Source of the DNA: Minisyncoccota bacterium
GTDB taxonomy: Bacteria; Patescibacteriota; Minisyncoccia; UBA6257; GWB1-50-10
Reading direction: 5' to 3'
Length of the DNA: 64,000 nucleotides
Assembly (NCBI GenBank): GCA_020059585.1
Contig: JAGVBU010000008.1
Coordinates: forward strand, 22,163-86,162
Shown: positions 20,417 to 29,075 of the stretch, piece by piece
Layout of the letters: every line of letters begins with the position of its first letter
Numbering within the stretch: the first letter of the stretch is position 1
Made by a program: the position numbers and the translations under genes
The notes under the pieces: model-generated
Told to the model about the DNA's origin: nothing
Seen by the model: the letters and a program-made list of their open reading frames with translations, nothing else
The model's database searches: none

Positions 20417-21790
20417 CTATCGTATCATATGCGCGGACACTAATGCGTTCCACATCGTTTCTCTTGATGGATTTTTTTCTCCATCGAGAATCGTCGCGAG
20501 AATTTCCGACGGTGAATTCTTCTTATATCTCATAACGAACTCATTGAGCCTCTCGCTTGTATCAATTCCCATAACGCGAAGTCCATATATCGCTCGAGTT
20601 ATCTCCATTTCCAAAGCTTCTTTAATAGAGACGCGCTCCAATAATCCGCCGTTATTTATCCATACAAGAGCATGCGTTCCATAAAGAAGTGCGCTCAGCC
20701 TATTTTCCTTCACGAGTTCAAATGGAAGCAATACCTCTCTCGTATGTGCCGCATAAAGAAGTCTGCCGACGAACGCAAGCGCGAACGATATCTCATCATC
20801 GGGAAACGGCTGCGTGGGAAGCATTCTAAATTCCACCACCGCGTCATTTCCTATTATCTTTAACCGCGTATCAAGCCAATGGAGTCCTATTCCTATGCGC
20901 AACGCCATCTCGGGAGCATACAGAATGAATGGATACCTTGATACACGCGAAAAATAATCTTCAATTCCCAAAAAATATCTCTCCGGAAGCCCTATGCGCG
21001 TTTTCATTCCCCGTATTACGTCGCGTACCGTTCGTGTGTCGTGGCTCGATTCCCACGAGAGAATGCGTATATCGTTTATACCGGTATCAGTACACTCAAG
21101 ATACCGGGAATTTCCGCCGATTCCCATAAGATACGGTCCGATCATAAATGCGTAATTCATAAGCATGACTGCGTCATTAAGAGATGAGGATCCCACATTC
21201 ACCTGAAATGACTGGAAGAGGGATACTATTGACGCGTCTCCTATATTCACCCGCGTTCCGCGTATTCCCATATGAATATCCGTATATTCTCTCCGGTGAA
21301 CATTCTGGAAATCAGGAACTTGCACGTATTTCTCCTTTTTCGTTCTTGGAGTTCCATGAATGCGCACAAACGGGTTTGTCCCGCACCTTAACGTTGAAAA
21401 CCCATGTTTCCTCGCAATGCGTTCGGCGGTATCGGTGATGCTTCGATATTTCTTTTCAAGAGATTCAAGTCCTTCTTGAGAAAAAATCCCTATCGGCGGC
21501 GTGCGGAGTTCAAGCTGAAACGCTCCGAGTTCAACATCCGCGCCCTCACCTCCGACCTCCGCCACTATCGCATCACGCACCGCTACCGTATCGGATTCCG
21601 TACTTTTAAGGTTAAAAACGCCTATTTCAGATTCAAGACCAATCTTCATGTCTTCGGGCCGGCGAACAAAAAGTTGCTTTTGAGAAATGATTCTCTTGGC
21701 TTCCTTATTGAATGCGCTACGCATTTCCCTTTCTTTTTTGCGATTATTCATCACACACCTCTGGTTATTTGTGTAAGAAATTCCGCCCAA
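20417..21790 (-). CDS. Carboxylate-amine ligase, glutamate-cysteine ligase family 2 (GCS2)-like, long form
   Basis: GxExE N-terminal motif (KIGLESEIGVF) and GCS2-like C-terminal signatures (TDIHMGI, AVVEFRMLPTQP). Confidence 0.45.
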   Translation of the reverse strand: MGGISYTNNQRCVMNNRKKEREMRSAFNKEAKRIISQKQLFVRRPEDMKIGLESEIGVFNLKSTESDTVAVRDAIVAEVGGEGADVELGAFQLELRTPPIGIFSQEGLESLEKKYRSITDTAERIARKHGFSTLRCGTNPFVRIHGTPRTKKEKYVQVPDFQNVHRREYTDIHMGIRGTRVNIGDASIVSLFQSFQVNVGSSSLNDAVMLMNYAFMIGPYLMGIGGNSRYLECTDTGINDIRILSWESSHDTRTVRDVIRGMKTRIGLPERYFLGIEDYFSRVSRYPFILYAPEMALRIGIGLHWLDTRLKIIGNDAVVEFRMLPTQPFPDDEISFALAFVGRLLYAAHTREVLLPFELVKENRLSALLYGTHALVWINNGGLLERVSIKEALEMEITRAIYGLRVMGIDTSERLNEFVMRYKKNSPSEILATILDGEKNPSRETMWNALVSAHMIR

Positions 21791-22509
21791 TATATTATTT
21801 CATCTTCGTGCGGCGTTATTCCGAACATCCTGCATTCCACTGTTCCGTGCACACTAATACGCACAAAATGGTAACAGCGTTTCGGATCGTCGGCGAATCC
21901 TTCTCTTAAGGCGGTTTCGAGGAAGTGTTCCGTATTTTCATATGTCGGAGGTTCCCATTTTTCCGCCATTTCCTTATAAAGCGCTATTCGTTCTCCGGAA
22001 GAATGGTCTCCCATGCGGATAAGTTCTTCCATATGTTCCACACACGCGTTATGAGTGGATATCGCGTCTTTAACGGAACCCACTCCGATATGTATATGTA
22101 TTCCCGCGACACGGCACGCGGAACGCAGACGATCAGTGCTGATAGCACGGGAGATATTTTCATATCGTTCCGTGGGAAACACGTCAAGCGGCATATCATA
22201 TGAAGCAACTTCTTCGCACACTAGTTTAGTTCCTATTTTTTCCGCGACAAGGATTCCACTATTCGTATTCCGAATAAGATCATATTTCAACTCAAGAAGA
22301 TTATCTCGCGGATCTGTTCTGTCCTCTACCTGACACGCGGAAAGCTCATACGTCCAGCGCGGATCTTTTATCTCCGAAAGAAACCTCTTTGCCTGAGGAA
22401 CATATATTCCCTCGGTATTTTTTAAGAACCGTTCGCGTTCAACTCCAACATAGTTTCTCATCGCGCCCGAAAATGAGAAATGAGAAAGGAATTTTTCCAT
22501 TGTATTCAT
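21751..22509 (-). CDS. Carboxylate-amine ligase, GCS2 family (YbdK-like), short form
   Basis: YVGVERERF, GIHIHIGVGS and HGTVECRMFG match the YbdK/GCS2 pattern HVHVG...TVEVRVMD. Confidence 0.5.
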   Translation of the reverse strand: MNTMEKFLSHFSFSGAMRNYVGVERERFLKNTEGIYVPQAKRFLSEIKDPRWTYELSACQVEDRTDPRDNLLELKYDLIRNTNSGILVAEKIGTKLVCEEVASYDMPLDVFPTERYENISRAISTDRLRSACRVAGIHIHIGVGSVKDAISTHNACVEHMEELIRMGDHSSGERIALYKEMAEKWEPPTYENTEHFLETALREGFADDPKRCYHFVRISVHGTVECRMFGITPHEDEIIYWAEFLTQITRGV

Positions 22510-22551
22510 TGTGTCTTCTCCATTATTTAGTTTTTAAATTACGCGGAAGAA

Positions 22552-22585
22552 ACAAAAAACCTCTTCCGAGGAAGAGGTTTTAAAA
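22552..22585. terminator. Bidirectional rho-independent terminator
   Basis: 7-bp stem CCTCTTC/GAAGAGG with 4-nt loop flanked by A- and T-tracts. Confidence 0.5.
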
Positions 22586-22672
22586 AGACGAATGAGTTTG
22601 CGTTAAAACACCTTCCCCGAGCGAGGTTTGTTCGTAAACCAATATGAGAAAGCGTGTATTGACTGTTGCATA

Positions 22673-23494
22673 TTACTTTTTCAGTGTACCTCGGCGCCGT
22701 GGAGTTTGTAAAGACCCATTCCATTGGCGCATGAAATTTCTTACTATTTTTCTTCCTACCGCATCCGTCGATCGTATTGAGGAAAGAAAATTCCCAACCC
22801 CCCTCCTTCCCCCGAATCCCTCCTCTTCAAGAGCTTTCATGCGCATACGTCCGATCGCGCGGATGTGAGAAACCCTCATTTCGGGATGAAATTGTAGAAG
22901 TCGAATACACTCACCGATTCCAATCGCCTCAATACGCGTCTTTTCGGAACTTCCGAGAAGCATCCATCCGGGGAGCATTTCTTTCACCATATAGCGATGG
23001 CTTTCCATCGACACAAACGAACTCTTCACTCCGCAGAAAAGATAATCGTCTATTCCTTTTTTTGTGAGAGTAATACGCGTATTTCCGAAATCGCGTCCGT
23101 TTTTATTCTCCACGATATCCCCATTGAGAGCCCGCACCGTAAATTGAAGTCCGCCGCATATTCCGAGAATTGGAATATTTTCTTTTTTTAATTTTCTTAT
23201 AAATGCGTAGGTTTTTTTCATCCATACGCTTTCGGATCCGCGAACAGGATTCTCAACAGACCCTCCGATGAATACCATGCGAATACGCGCCGTATCCGGA
23301 AATCTCCCTCGCGAGGCGTCAATCTCAAAAAAATCATTCTTCGAAATACCCGAAAAACGCCGCACGCTCTCTCCATAGGAAATTCCCCTATATACGGTAG
23401 TAGCGGTGCGTTCTTTTATTTTTTTATCTCCCGAAAGAATATCCAGAAATAATATTTTCTTCATTTGTTTCATGTTGATTGTACAATATATCAC
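22673..23494 (-). CDS. Class I glutamine amidotransferase-like / peptidase C26 (gamma-glutamyl hydrolase, PuuD-like)
   Basis: Nucleophile-elbow ILGICGGLQF and C-terminal His region (LLQFHPE) typical of GATase1/C26. Confidence 0.55.
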   Translation of the reverse strand: MIYCTINMKQMKKILFLDILSGDKKIKERTATTVYRGISYGESVRRFSGISKNDFFEIDASRGRFPDTARIRMVFIGGSVENPVRGSESVWMKKTYAFIRKLKKENIPILGICGGLQFTVRALNGDIVENKNGRDFGNTRITLTKKGIDDYLFCGVKSSFVSMESHRYMVKEMLPGWMLLGSSEKTRIEAIGIGECIRLLQFHPEMRVSHIRAIGRMRMKALEEEGFGGRRGVGNFLSSIRSTDAVGRKIVRNFMRQWNGSLQTPRRRGTLKK

Positions 23495-23521
23495 CCGGGA
23501 GAAGAATCTCCCGGGATATTT

Positions 23522-24445
23522 TTATATGAGGGGACTGAGTATCCTTCGCACAAAAGAAAACTGGTCTTTTATCGAAGAATCTTTCTTTCTCGCGCACGGA
23601 CGTATCTCGACACAGAGCTTTTCTCCGTAGCGCTTCAATCTGAAATGCCACCATACGGATCGTATGAAAAGAGGGATATTGAAAGAGGACGTTTCCTCGT
23701 GCGATATAAGCGTATTTCCGACTACGATAGCATGCTCCGCGAGGCGCGCGCAGTAATCCTCAATGCCGCCGAATAAAAGGGGTCCTCCATACCGATCGCT
23801 GCGATATCCTGCGCGCGATGAAGATATGTATCTTTTCCATAGCGCGTCCTGAGGATAATCCGAGAGGAACGCTTCAACATTCTCTCCAAGCGTATTCAGA
23901 ACATATATTGCATCCTCTGGACGCACATCAACAGTAAACTGGACTGATGAGGTCCGCGCGAGAAGGTTCAGCGCTTCCGGTCCGTCGAGCGCGAGCCATG
24001 CCGCGTCGCGTTCATCCGGCACTACAAGAAGATTCTCATCTGAATCGATGATCGGTCCGAAAAAAGGATACGCACCGCAGGCATTCGCGTTTTCTTCGAG
24101 AATCCACAATCCGCGTTGAGCTTCATCCACCGCGACATTCTTGTGTTTCGGAGAAAAACTGAGCTCTATATTATGCCTTCCAAGCTCATAAAGCATCCTA
24201 TCATTCCTCCATAAAGAAGTGAGTTCGGTGATCATCTTGTTTCTTTTCGCGGTGACAACCCACTCTCCATATCGCGTATCAGAATGAAATAGGTGAAATA
24301 TTTTCTTCGCGGTATCAATTGATATCGGAAAACCGGAACGATCGACAAACTGCGTTTCCACCTCGATCCCTATCATGGTACCGGTTGTGTATGCGCCTAT
24401 CCCCTCGGTAAAATAGCGTACCAACCGTGCTACTGTGTTTTTCAT
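23522..24445 (-). CDS. Carboxylate-amine ligase, GCS2 family
   Basis: N-terminal IGIEVETQFVD (GxExE) and C-terminal CVEIRPC region like the GCS2 RxxxVExRxxD. Confidence 0.5.
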   Translation of the reverse strand: MKNTVARLVRYFTEGIGAYTTGTMIGIEVETQFVDRSGFPISIDTAKKIFHLFHSDTRYGEWVVTAKRNKMITELTSLWRNDRMLYELGRHNIELSFSPKHKNVAVDEAQRGLWILEENANACGAYPFFGPIIDSDENLLVVPDERDAAWLALDGPEALNLLARTSSVQFTVDVRPEDAIYVLNTLGENVEAFLSDYPQDALWKRYISSSRAGYRSDRYGGPLLFGGIEDYCARLAEHAIVVGNTLISHEETSSFNIPLFIRSVWWHFRLKRYGEKLCVEIRPCARKKDSSIKDQFSFVRRILSPLI

Positions 24446-24490
24446 GACATACCTCTATTTATTTATAAATGTTCTTTTCCCTCCGAAAAC

Positions 24491-24517
24491 AAAAATCCCT
24501 CCGAAGGGAGGGTTGGT
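24491..24517 (-). terminator. Rho-independent terminator, likely for glyA
   Basis: Stem CCCTCC/GGAGGG with GAAG loop; T-tract on the minus strand. Confidence 0.45.
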
Positions 24518-24649
24518 TTCGTTCCTAATGATAAAACGTCCGAGGTGCGTCTACGTGCACAAAACCAATCCTCCCCAAAGAGAGATATCAGTATGGTTAC
24601 GATATGTCGCACAAAGCATGCTCATGTGTATAATATGCCATAAATTCCC

Positions 24650-25867
24650 TTATCGAGCAATAGGGAATTTTTTTGCGAGTATTTTTATCATTTTTTTTGT
24701 TTCCGCGACATTTTTCTTCAAAAGAATTGCGTGTATATATCCCGCAATATACCGCATCTCTCTCATCCCCATTCCTCGGGTAGTCATCGCGGGCGTTCCA
24801 ATTCTGATTCCCGAAGGATCTCCCGGCGTACGCGCATCAAACGGTATCATATTTTTATTGAGAATGATTCCCGCCTTTTCAAGCTCCCTGCTTGCGACCC
24901 CTCCTGAAATTCCTCTATGCGCCACATCAACGAGAAAAAGATGCGTATCGGTCCCATTTGAAACAATTCTCCACCCAAGGCGTTCTAATTCGTTCGCGAG
25001 CGCCTTCGCATTCTCAATGACGCGTGATGCGTATTTTCTGAACGCGGGCGTTCCTGCTTCGTGTAACGCAACCGCAATCGCGGCAACCTGATTCATATGA
25101 GGTCCCCCCTGTATTCCCGGAAACACAGCTTTATTGATTGCGGGGGAATAATTTTTCTTCGAAAAAATCATTGCCGCGCGAGGACCACGCAGTGTTTTGT
25201 GCGTAGTTGTTGTCACTACGTCCGCATAGGGGAACGGAGAAGGATACATCTTTCCCGCAACAAGCCCCGCGAAATGAGACATATCCACAAAAAGAATTGA
25301 TCCCGCCTCATCCGCAATCGTTCTCATTCTCTTAAAGTCTATCTTCCGTGCGTATGCGCTGCCTCCCGCGATGATACATTTAGGACGCGCGACAAGCGCG
25401 ATGTGCAGAAGTTCTCCATAATCAATTTCTTCGCGCAATCTATCAACGCCGTATGGAACCTGCTCCCATATTTTTCCGGTGACACTTGCCTTATGTCCGT
25501 GAGTCAGATGTCCTCCCATCGCAAGAGACATTGCCATTATCTTCTCTCCGCGGGGAATAAGCGCATGAAGCACCGCAAGATTTGCGGGAGATCCGGAATA
25601 GGGCTGCACGTTCACATCCCATTCTCCCGAAGAAACAGAAAACAGCTTCCGCGCTCTTTGTATTGCGAGTTTTTCAAGCGCATCAATCACACCGTTCCCC
25701 GCGTAATAACGCTCCGCAGGATATCCTTCCGCGTATTTATCGAGAAAAACGCTCCCAAGGGCTTCCCGTACGTCCTTGGACGCATAATTTTCCGACGCGA
25801 TAAGATTAATAGAATCGTCACGCCTTTGCGTTTCTTCGCGAATAAGTTTTCTTACTTCTTTATCCAT
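24650..25867 (-). CDS. glyA: Serine hydroxymethyltransferase
   Basis: PLP-lysine motif VTTTTHKTLRGPRAAMIF, YAGNGVID, N-terminal DDSINLIASENYAS. Confidence 0.9.
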   Translation of the reverse strand: MDKEVRKLIREETQRRDDSINLIASENYASKDVREALGSVFLDKYAEGYPAERYYAGNGVIDALEKLAIQRARKLFSVSSGEWDVNVQPYSGSPANLAVLHALIPRGEKIMAMSLAMGGHLTHGHKASVTGKIWEQVPYGVDRLREEIDYGELLHIALVARPKCIIAGGSAYARKIDFKRMRTIADEAGSILFVDMSHFAGLVAGKMYPSPFPYADVVTTTTHKTLRGPRAAMIFSKKNYSPAINKAVFPGIQGGPHMNQVAAIAVALHEAGTPAFRKYASRVIENAKALANELERLGWRIVSNGTDTHLFLVDVAHRGISGGVASRELEKAGIILNKNMIPFDARTPGDPSGIRIGTPAMTTRGMGMREMRYIAGYIHAILLKKNVAETKKMIKILAKKFPIAR

Positions 25868-25947
25868 TATATGCGATGATTATTTTCTTCAATGTACTCC
25901 AAAATAAAAAAAACCGCCACTATATATGGCGGGGGAATAACAATTTT

Positions 25948-26046
25948 TCAGAAAAAGACAGGCATATAGGCGAGGATAAGCCCCAATGCAAGAAAAAACA
26001 CAACCACGATCACCAACACTCTGTTCTTTTTTGGGTTAAGAAACAT
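25948..26046 (-). CDS. Possible 32-aa hydrophobic micro-protein, not in the ORF track
   Basis: MFLNPKKNRVLVIVVVFFLALGLILAYMPVFF; stem-loop plus T-tract terminator immediately downstream on the minus strand (25905..25940). Confidence 0.2.
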   Translation of the reverse strand: MFLNPKKNRVLVIVVVFFLALGLILAYMPVFF

Positions 26047-26124
26047 AACAACGTATTTTTATGGACACAAAAAACCTTTTCCTTATAGTATCATATTTCA
26101 ATACGTTTTTCCCTTTAAAACCAT

Positions 26125-26724
26125 CTACCACAAGCTCGCTTGGGGATTTGGCTCCTCCTCCTTGTAAGGAAGGAGCACTCTTGCCATTTCCGGAGAATTA
26201 CGCTGGGGAATCCATAAATATCCTCTCTCTCTGATAAGATCGAAAATATCCTTTGTTATTTTTACATCCTGCGTACAGTATTCTTTCAATTTATCCATCT
26301 CACCGTTCCGATACCAATCAATTGCATCAAGTCCGTGTCCCGTTTTTTTTGCGTTTACATTCGCCTCTCCGAGGAGATCAAGGCTTATGCGCCTCCCCCA
26401 CGCGTTCTCTATTTCCTCAAGAATATCATAATGGGGGATCGCGGCGAGATTGAATTTGAAATATTTATTCAATACAGGTACATCAAATCTCTTACTCGAA
26501 AATCCAACAAGAAGATGCGCGCGCTGAAGTATGTCGCCTAATGCGCTAAATTCATGTTCCTCAAAGCAGGTATACGCATCTTTCTCATATGAATAAATGC
26601 ACACCACCGATACATCGAGTTTGTCGATGTTTCTGTCTCCGCCTACATCCGCGAATGTATTTTTCGTTTCTATGTCAAATACTATTGTGTCCATATTCCA
26701 ATTTATTAAAGGTATGACGTCCAC
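26125..26724 (-). CDS. DEDD-family 3'-5' exonuclease (DnaQ/epsilon-like)
   Basis: Exo I IVFDIETKN, Exo II LLVGFSSKRFDVPVLNK, Exo III HGLDAIDWY...YCTQDVKIT. Confidence 0.5.
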   Translation of the reverse strand: MDVIPLINWNMDTIVFDIETKNTFADVGGDRNIDKLDVSVVCIYSYEKDAYTCFEEHEFSALGDILQRAHLLVGFSSKRFDVPVLNKYFKFNLAAIPHYDILEEIENAWGRRISLDLLGEANVNAKKTGHGLDAIDWYRNGEMDKLKEYCTQDVKITKDIFDLIRERGYLWIPQRNSPEMARVLLPYKEEEPNPQASLW

Positions 26725-27116
26725 GTACTCATGTCAATAAATCACGATGGTTATAATAATAAAATCCCGCCGAGAATATTCCGGCGGGTATCTTTTTAGA
26801 AAAGAAAGTTCTTTTTTTTATCGAAAAAAATCTTCTTTGCTTCGTCTTCATCCCGCGCAACCCCTTCGCGTATGAGGATTCCGTATATACCTCGTTCCAT
26901 AATACATTCCATCGCGTCGTCGAACGAATTGAAAAACGGTTTTCTTTTCATCACGAGGAGGTGATTAAGAAGGAGCAAAAAATTTTTTTCTCCAATTTCT
27001 TCTATTATCTTCTTCACGCTATACTCTCTTATTTATTTCAAAAAACTTTGTTTAGGAAACCATATTTAACACTCGTTGTCAAACAGCTAGGAAAATACTC
27101 ACAGACTCTTGGATGA

Positions 27117-28496
27117 TTATTTTTTCACCTTCTTTATAAGACTTGCAAGTATAGGAGGAGTGAAGAGTGTTGTAAAAACAACCATAACGATAATAACCGA
27201 AAAAAGTTCGTCATTTATAACTCCCAATGTTTTTCCAATTGTCGCAAAAATAAGCCCGACTTCTCCACGGGGCACCATACCCCATCCTACAACCCATTTT
27301 TTTACCTTCCCAGCAACCATCCCAGCCGCTATTTTCCCTATAAATGCTGCTATCGTAATACCAAGCGCAGTCAGAAGCACTGGAAGATTCAATATCGTTT
27401 CTATTCTCACCCCCATCCCCGTAATCACAAAAAAAAGTGGGACCAAAAAAAATGAAAGGGGTTCAATAAGATCCTCAATATGTCGATGGGAGTGATACAT
27501 AAGCGTTTTTTCCATCTTTTCTTTTATAGCGTCCCCTGCGCTCATTATTTCTTTTCTCACGTCTTCTACAACGTGAGGATCTTTAAAATATGCAAAATGA
27601 ACAGGATCTAAAACTAATCCCGCGGCAAATGCTCCAACTATAGGAGCAAGTCCCATTTCCCCGGCCACATACGCAAACACAAGACAAAAAGAAATCGCAA
27701 GAGTGAACTTCATTCCTATCCCTGTGTGTATTTTCGAAAATAACCTTCCCATATATGGCGCGGAAAAATAACCAAGTACAATGGCCCCTACGAGAAATAA
27801 TACTGCTTTTGCTGTAATCCAAGACACTACACCAAGACTTACGGACCCAGCAGACGCAATTGCAGATACAACCGCAAGAATAATGAGTCCAAGCACATCA
27901 TCAATAACCGCGGCGCCAAGTACTATTTGGGCTTCGTTTGATTTGAGAAAGTGTAAATCTTTGAAAACACGCGCGGTGATACCAACAGATGTCGCAGTGA
28001 GCGAAGCACCAAGAAAAAGGTACGCAATAGACTGAAGACCTGGAAACACGAGAGGGCCGACAACATACGTACCAAGAACAAAGGGGAGAATAACTCCCAC
28101 TGCCGCCACAAGAAACGCGCGTAATCCCACCTCTCTCATTTTTTGTATATTACTCTCAAGCCCTATCTGGAAAAGAAGAATTACCACTCCAAGTTCAGCG
28201 AGAAATGAAATTATTTCGTTGCCCCTGAAAGAATCAAAGAAATGAAATCCTACAAGTCCAAGATTTCCGATAATCACCCCTATAATAAGTTCTCCCAACA
28301 CAGAAGGCTGACCGAAGCGCTCTATAAGCCCCCCAAGTTTCGCCGCCATAAGAAGAATTGCAATACCAAAAAACGTGAACGCAACACTACCATGACCCCC
28401 TTCTTCTGCAAATATTAAAGAAGGGATAAGCGTACACAGAAACAAAAGAGTATAAAATATATTTTTTCTTTCTAATATTTTTTTTATGAAATTCAT
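27117..28496 (-). CDS. Monovalent cation:proton antiporter (CPA2/Kef-type)
   Basis: 459 aa, about 12 TM helices, sodium/hydrogen-exchanger-family layout. Confidence 0.7.
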   Translation of the reverse strand: MNFIKKILERKNIFYTLLFLCTLIPSLIFAEEGGHGSVAFTFFGIAILLMAAKLGGLIERFGQPSVLGELIIGVIIGNLGLVGFHFFDSFRGNEIISFLAELGVVILLFQIGLESNIQKMREVGLRAFLVAAVGVILPFVLGTYVVGPLVFPGLQSIAYLFLGASLTATSVGITARVFKDLHFLKSNEAQIVLGAAVIDDVLGLIILAVVSAIASAGSVSLGVVSWITAKAVLFLVGAIVLGYFSAPYMGRLFSKIHTGIGMKFTLAISFCLVFAYVAGEMGLAPIVGAFAAGLVLDPVHFAYFKDPHVVEDVRKEIMSAGDAIKEKMEKTLMYHSHRHIEDLIEPLSFFLVPLFFVITGMGVRIETILNLPVLLTALGITIAAFIGKIAAGMVAGKVKKWVVGWGMVPRGEVGLIFATIGKTLGVINDELFSVIIVMVVFTTLFTPPILASLIKKVKK

Positions 28497-28614
28497 TTTT
28501 TAAAAACAATGTAAAATCTTCTTTTCCCTGACGCGTGTCGAGATCTTATCTATACTCAAATAACTTCCTTAAACCAAGATGGAATCCTTAACTCTTTATA
28601 TATCCCGCGCAAAG

Positions 28615-28688
28615 TGGGCGGCAGAGGACTCGAACCTCTGACCTTCTCGGTGTAAACGAGACGCTCTAACCAACTGAGCTAGCCGCCC
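28615..28688 (-). tRNA. tRNA-Val (anticodon UAC)
   Basis: 74-nt cloverleaf: acceptor GGGCGGC/GCCGCCC, D-arm GCTC..GAGC, anticodon stem TCTCG/CGAGA with loop TTTACAC, T-arm AGAGG-TTCGAGT-CCTCT. Confidence 0.8.
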
Positions 28689-28863
28689 ACTTTAAGCGGA
28701 ATTATGATTTGTTTTTTAAAAATTTTACACTTACTTGAATTTTTAAACAAATCAGAAATAAAGGAACGATCTTCGCCTAAACACACTGTTTGATACAAGC
28801 GAATAACTAACTAAGCGCGCATCGGAAAGGTTTAGGTTGTGCAGAATTCTCACACTCCATCTG

Positions 28864-28935
28864 TCGGTCTGGCAGGATTCGAACCTGCAACCGATCGTGT
28901 ATAAGACGATTGCTCTACCGTTGAGCTACAGACCG
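28864..28935 (-). tRNA. tRNA-Ile (anticodon UAU)
   Basis: 72-nt cloverleaf: acceptor CGGTCTG/CAGACCG, D-arm GCTC-AACGGTA-GAGC, anticodon stem ATCGT/ACGAT with loop CTTATAC, T-arm GCAGG-TTCGAAT-CCTGC. Confidence 0.7.
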
Positions 28936-29075
28936 ATTACACAGACAGGGGTAAAGATACTTGCGCCACCACTAAACTACAGGACATTGATATCATCACA
29001 AGGAAAAACGCAACGCCCATTATCCCGCATCCACTGCGATGTTTTTATACCACGTTCAAAGACGTGAGGCAATTC

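Noticed and set aside
28837-29067. 76-aa plus-strand ORF in the tRNA region
   Set aside because: It overlaps tRNA-Ile on the opposite strand and has no coding features. It is a chance ORF.
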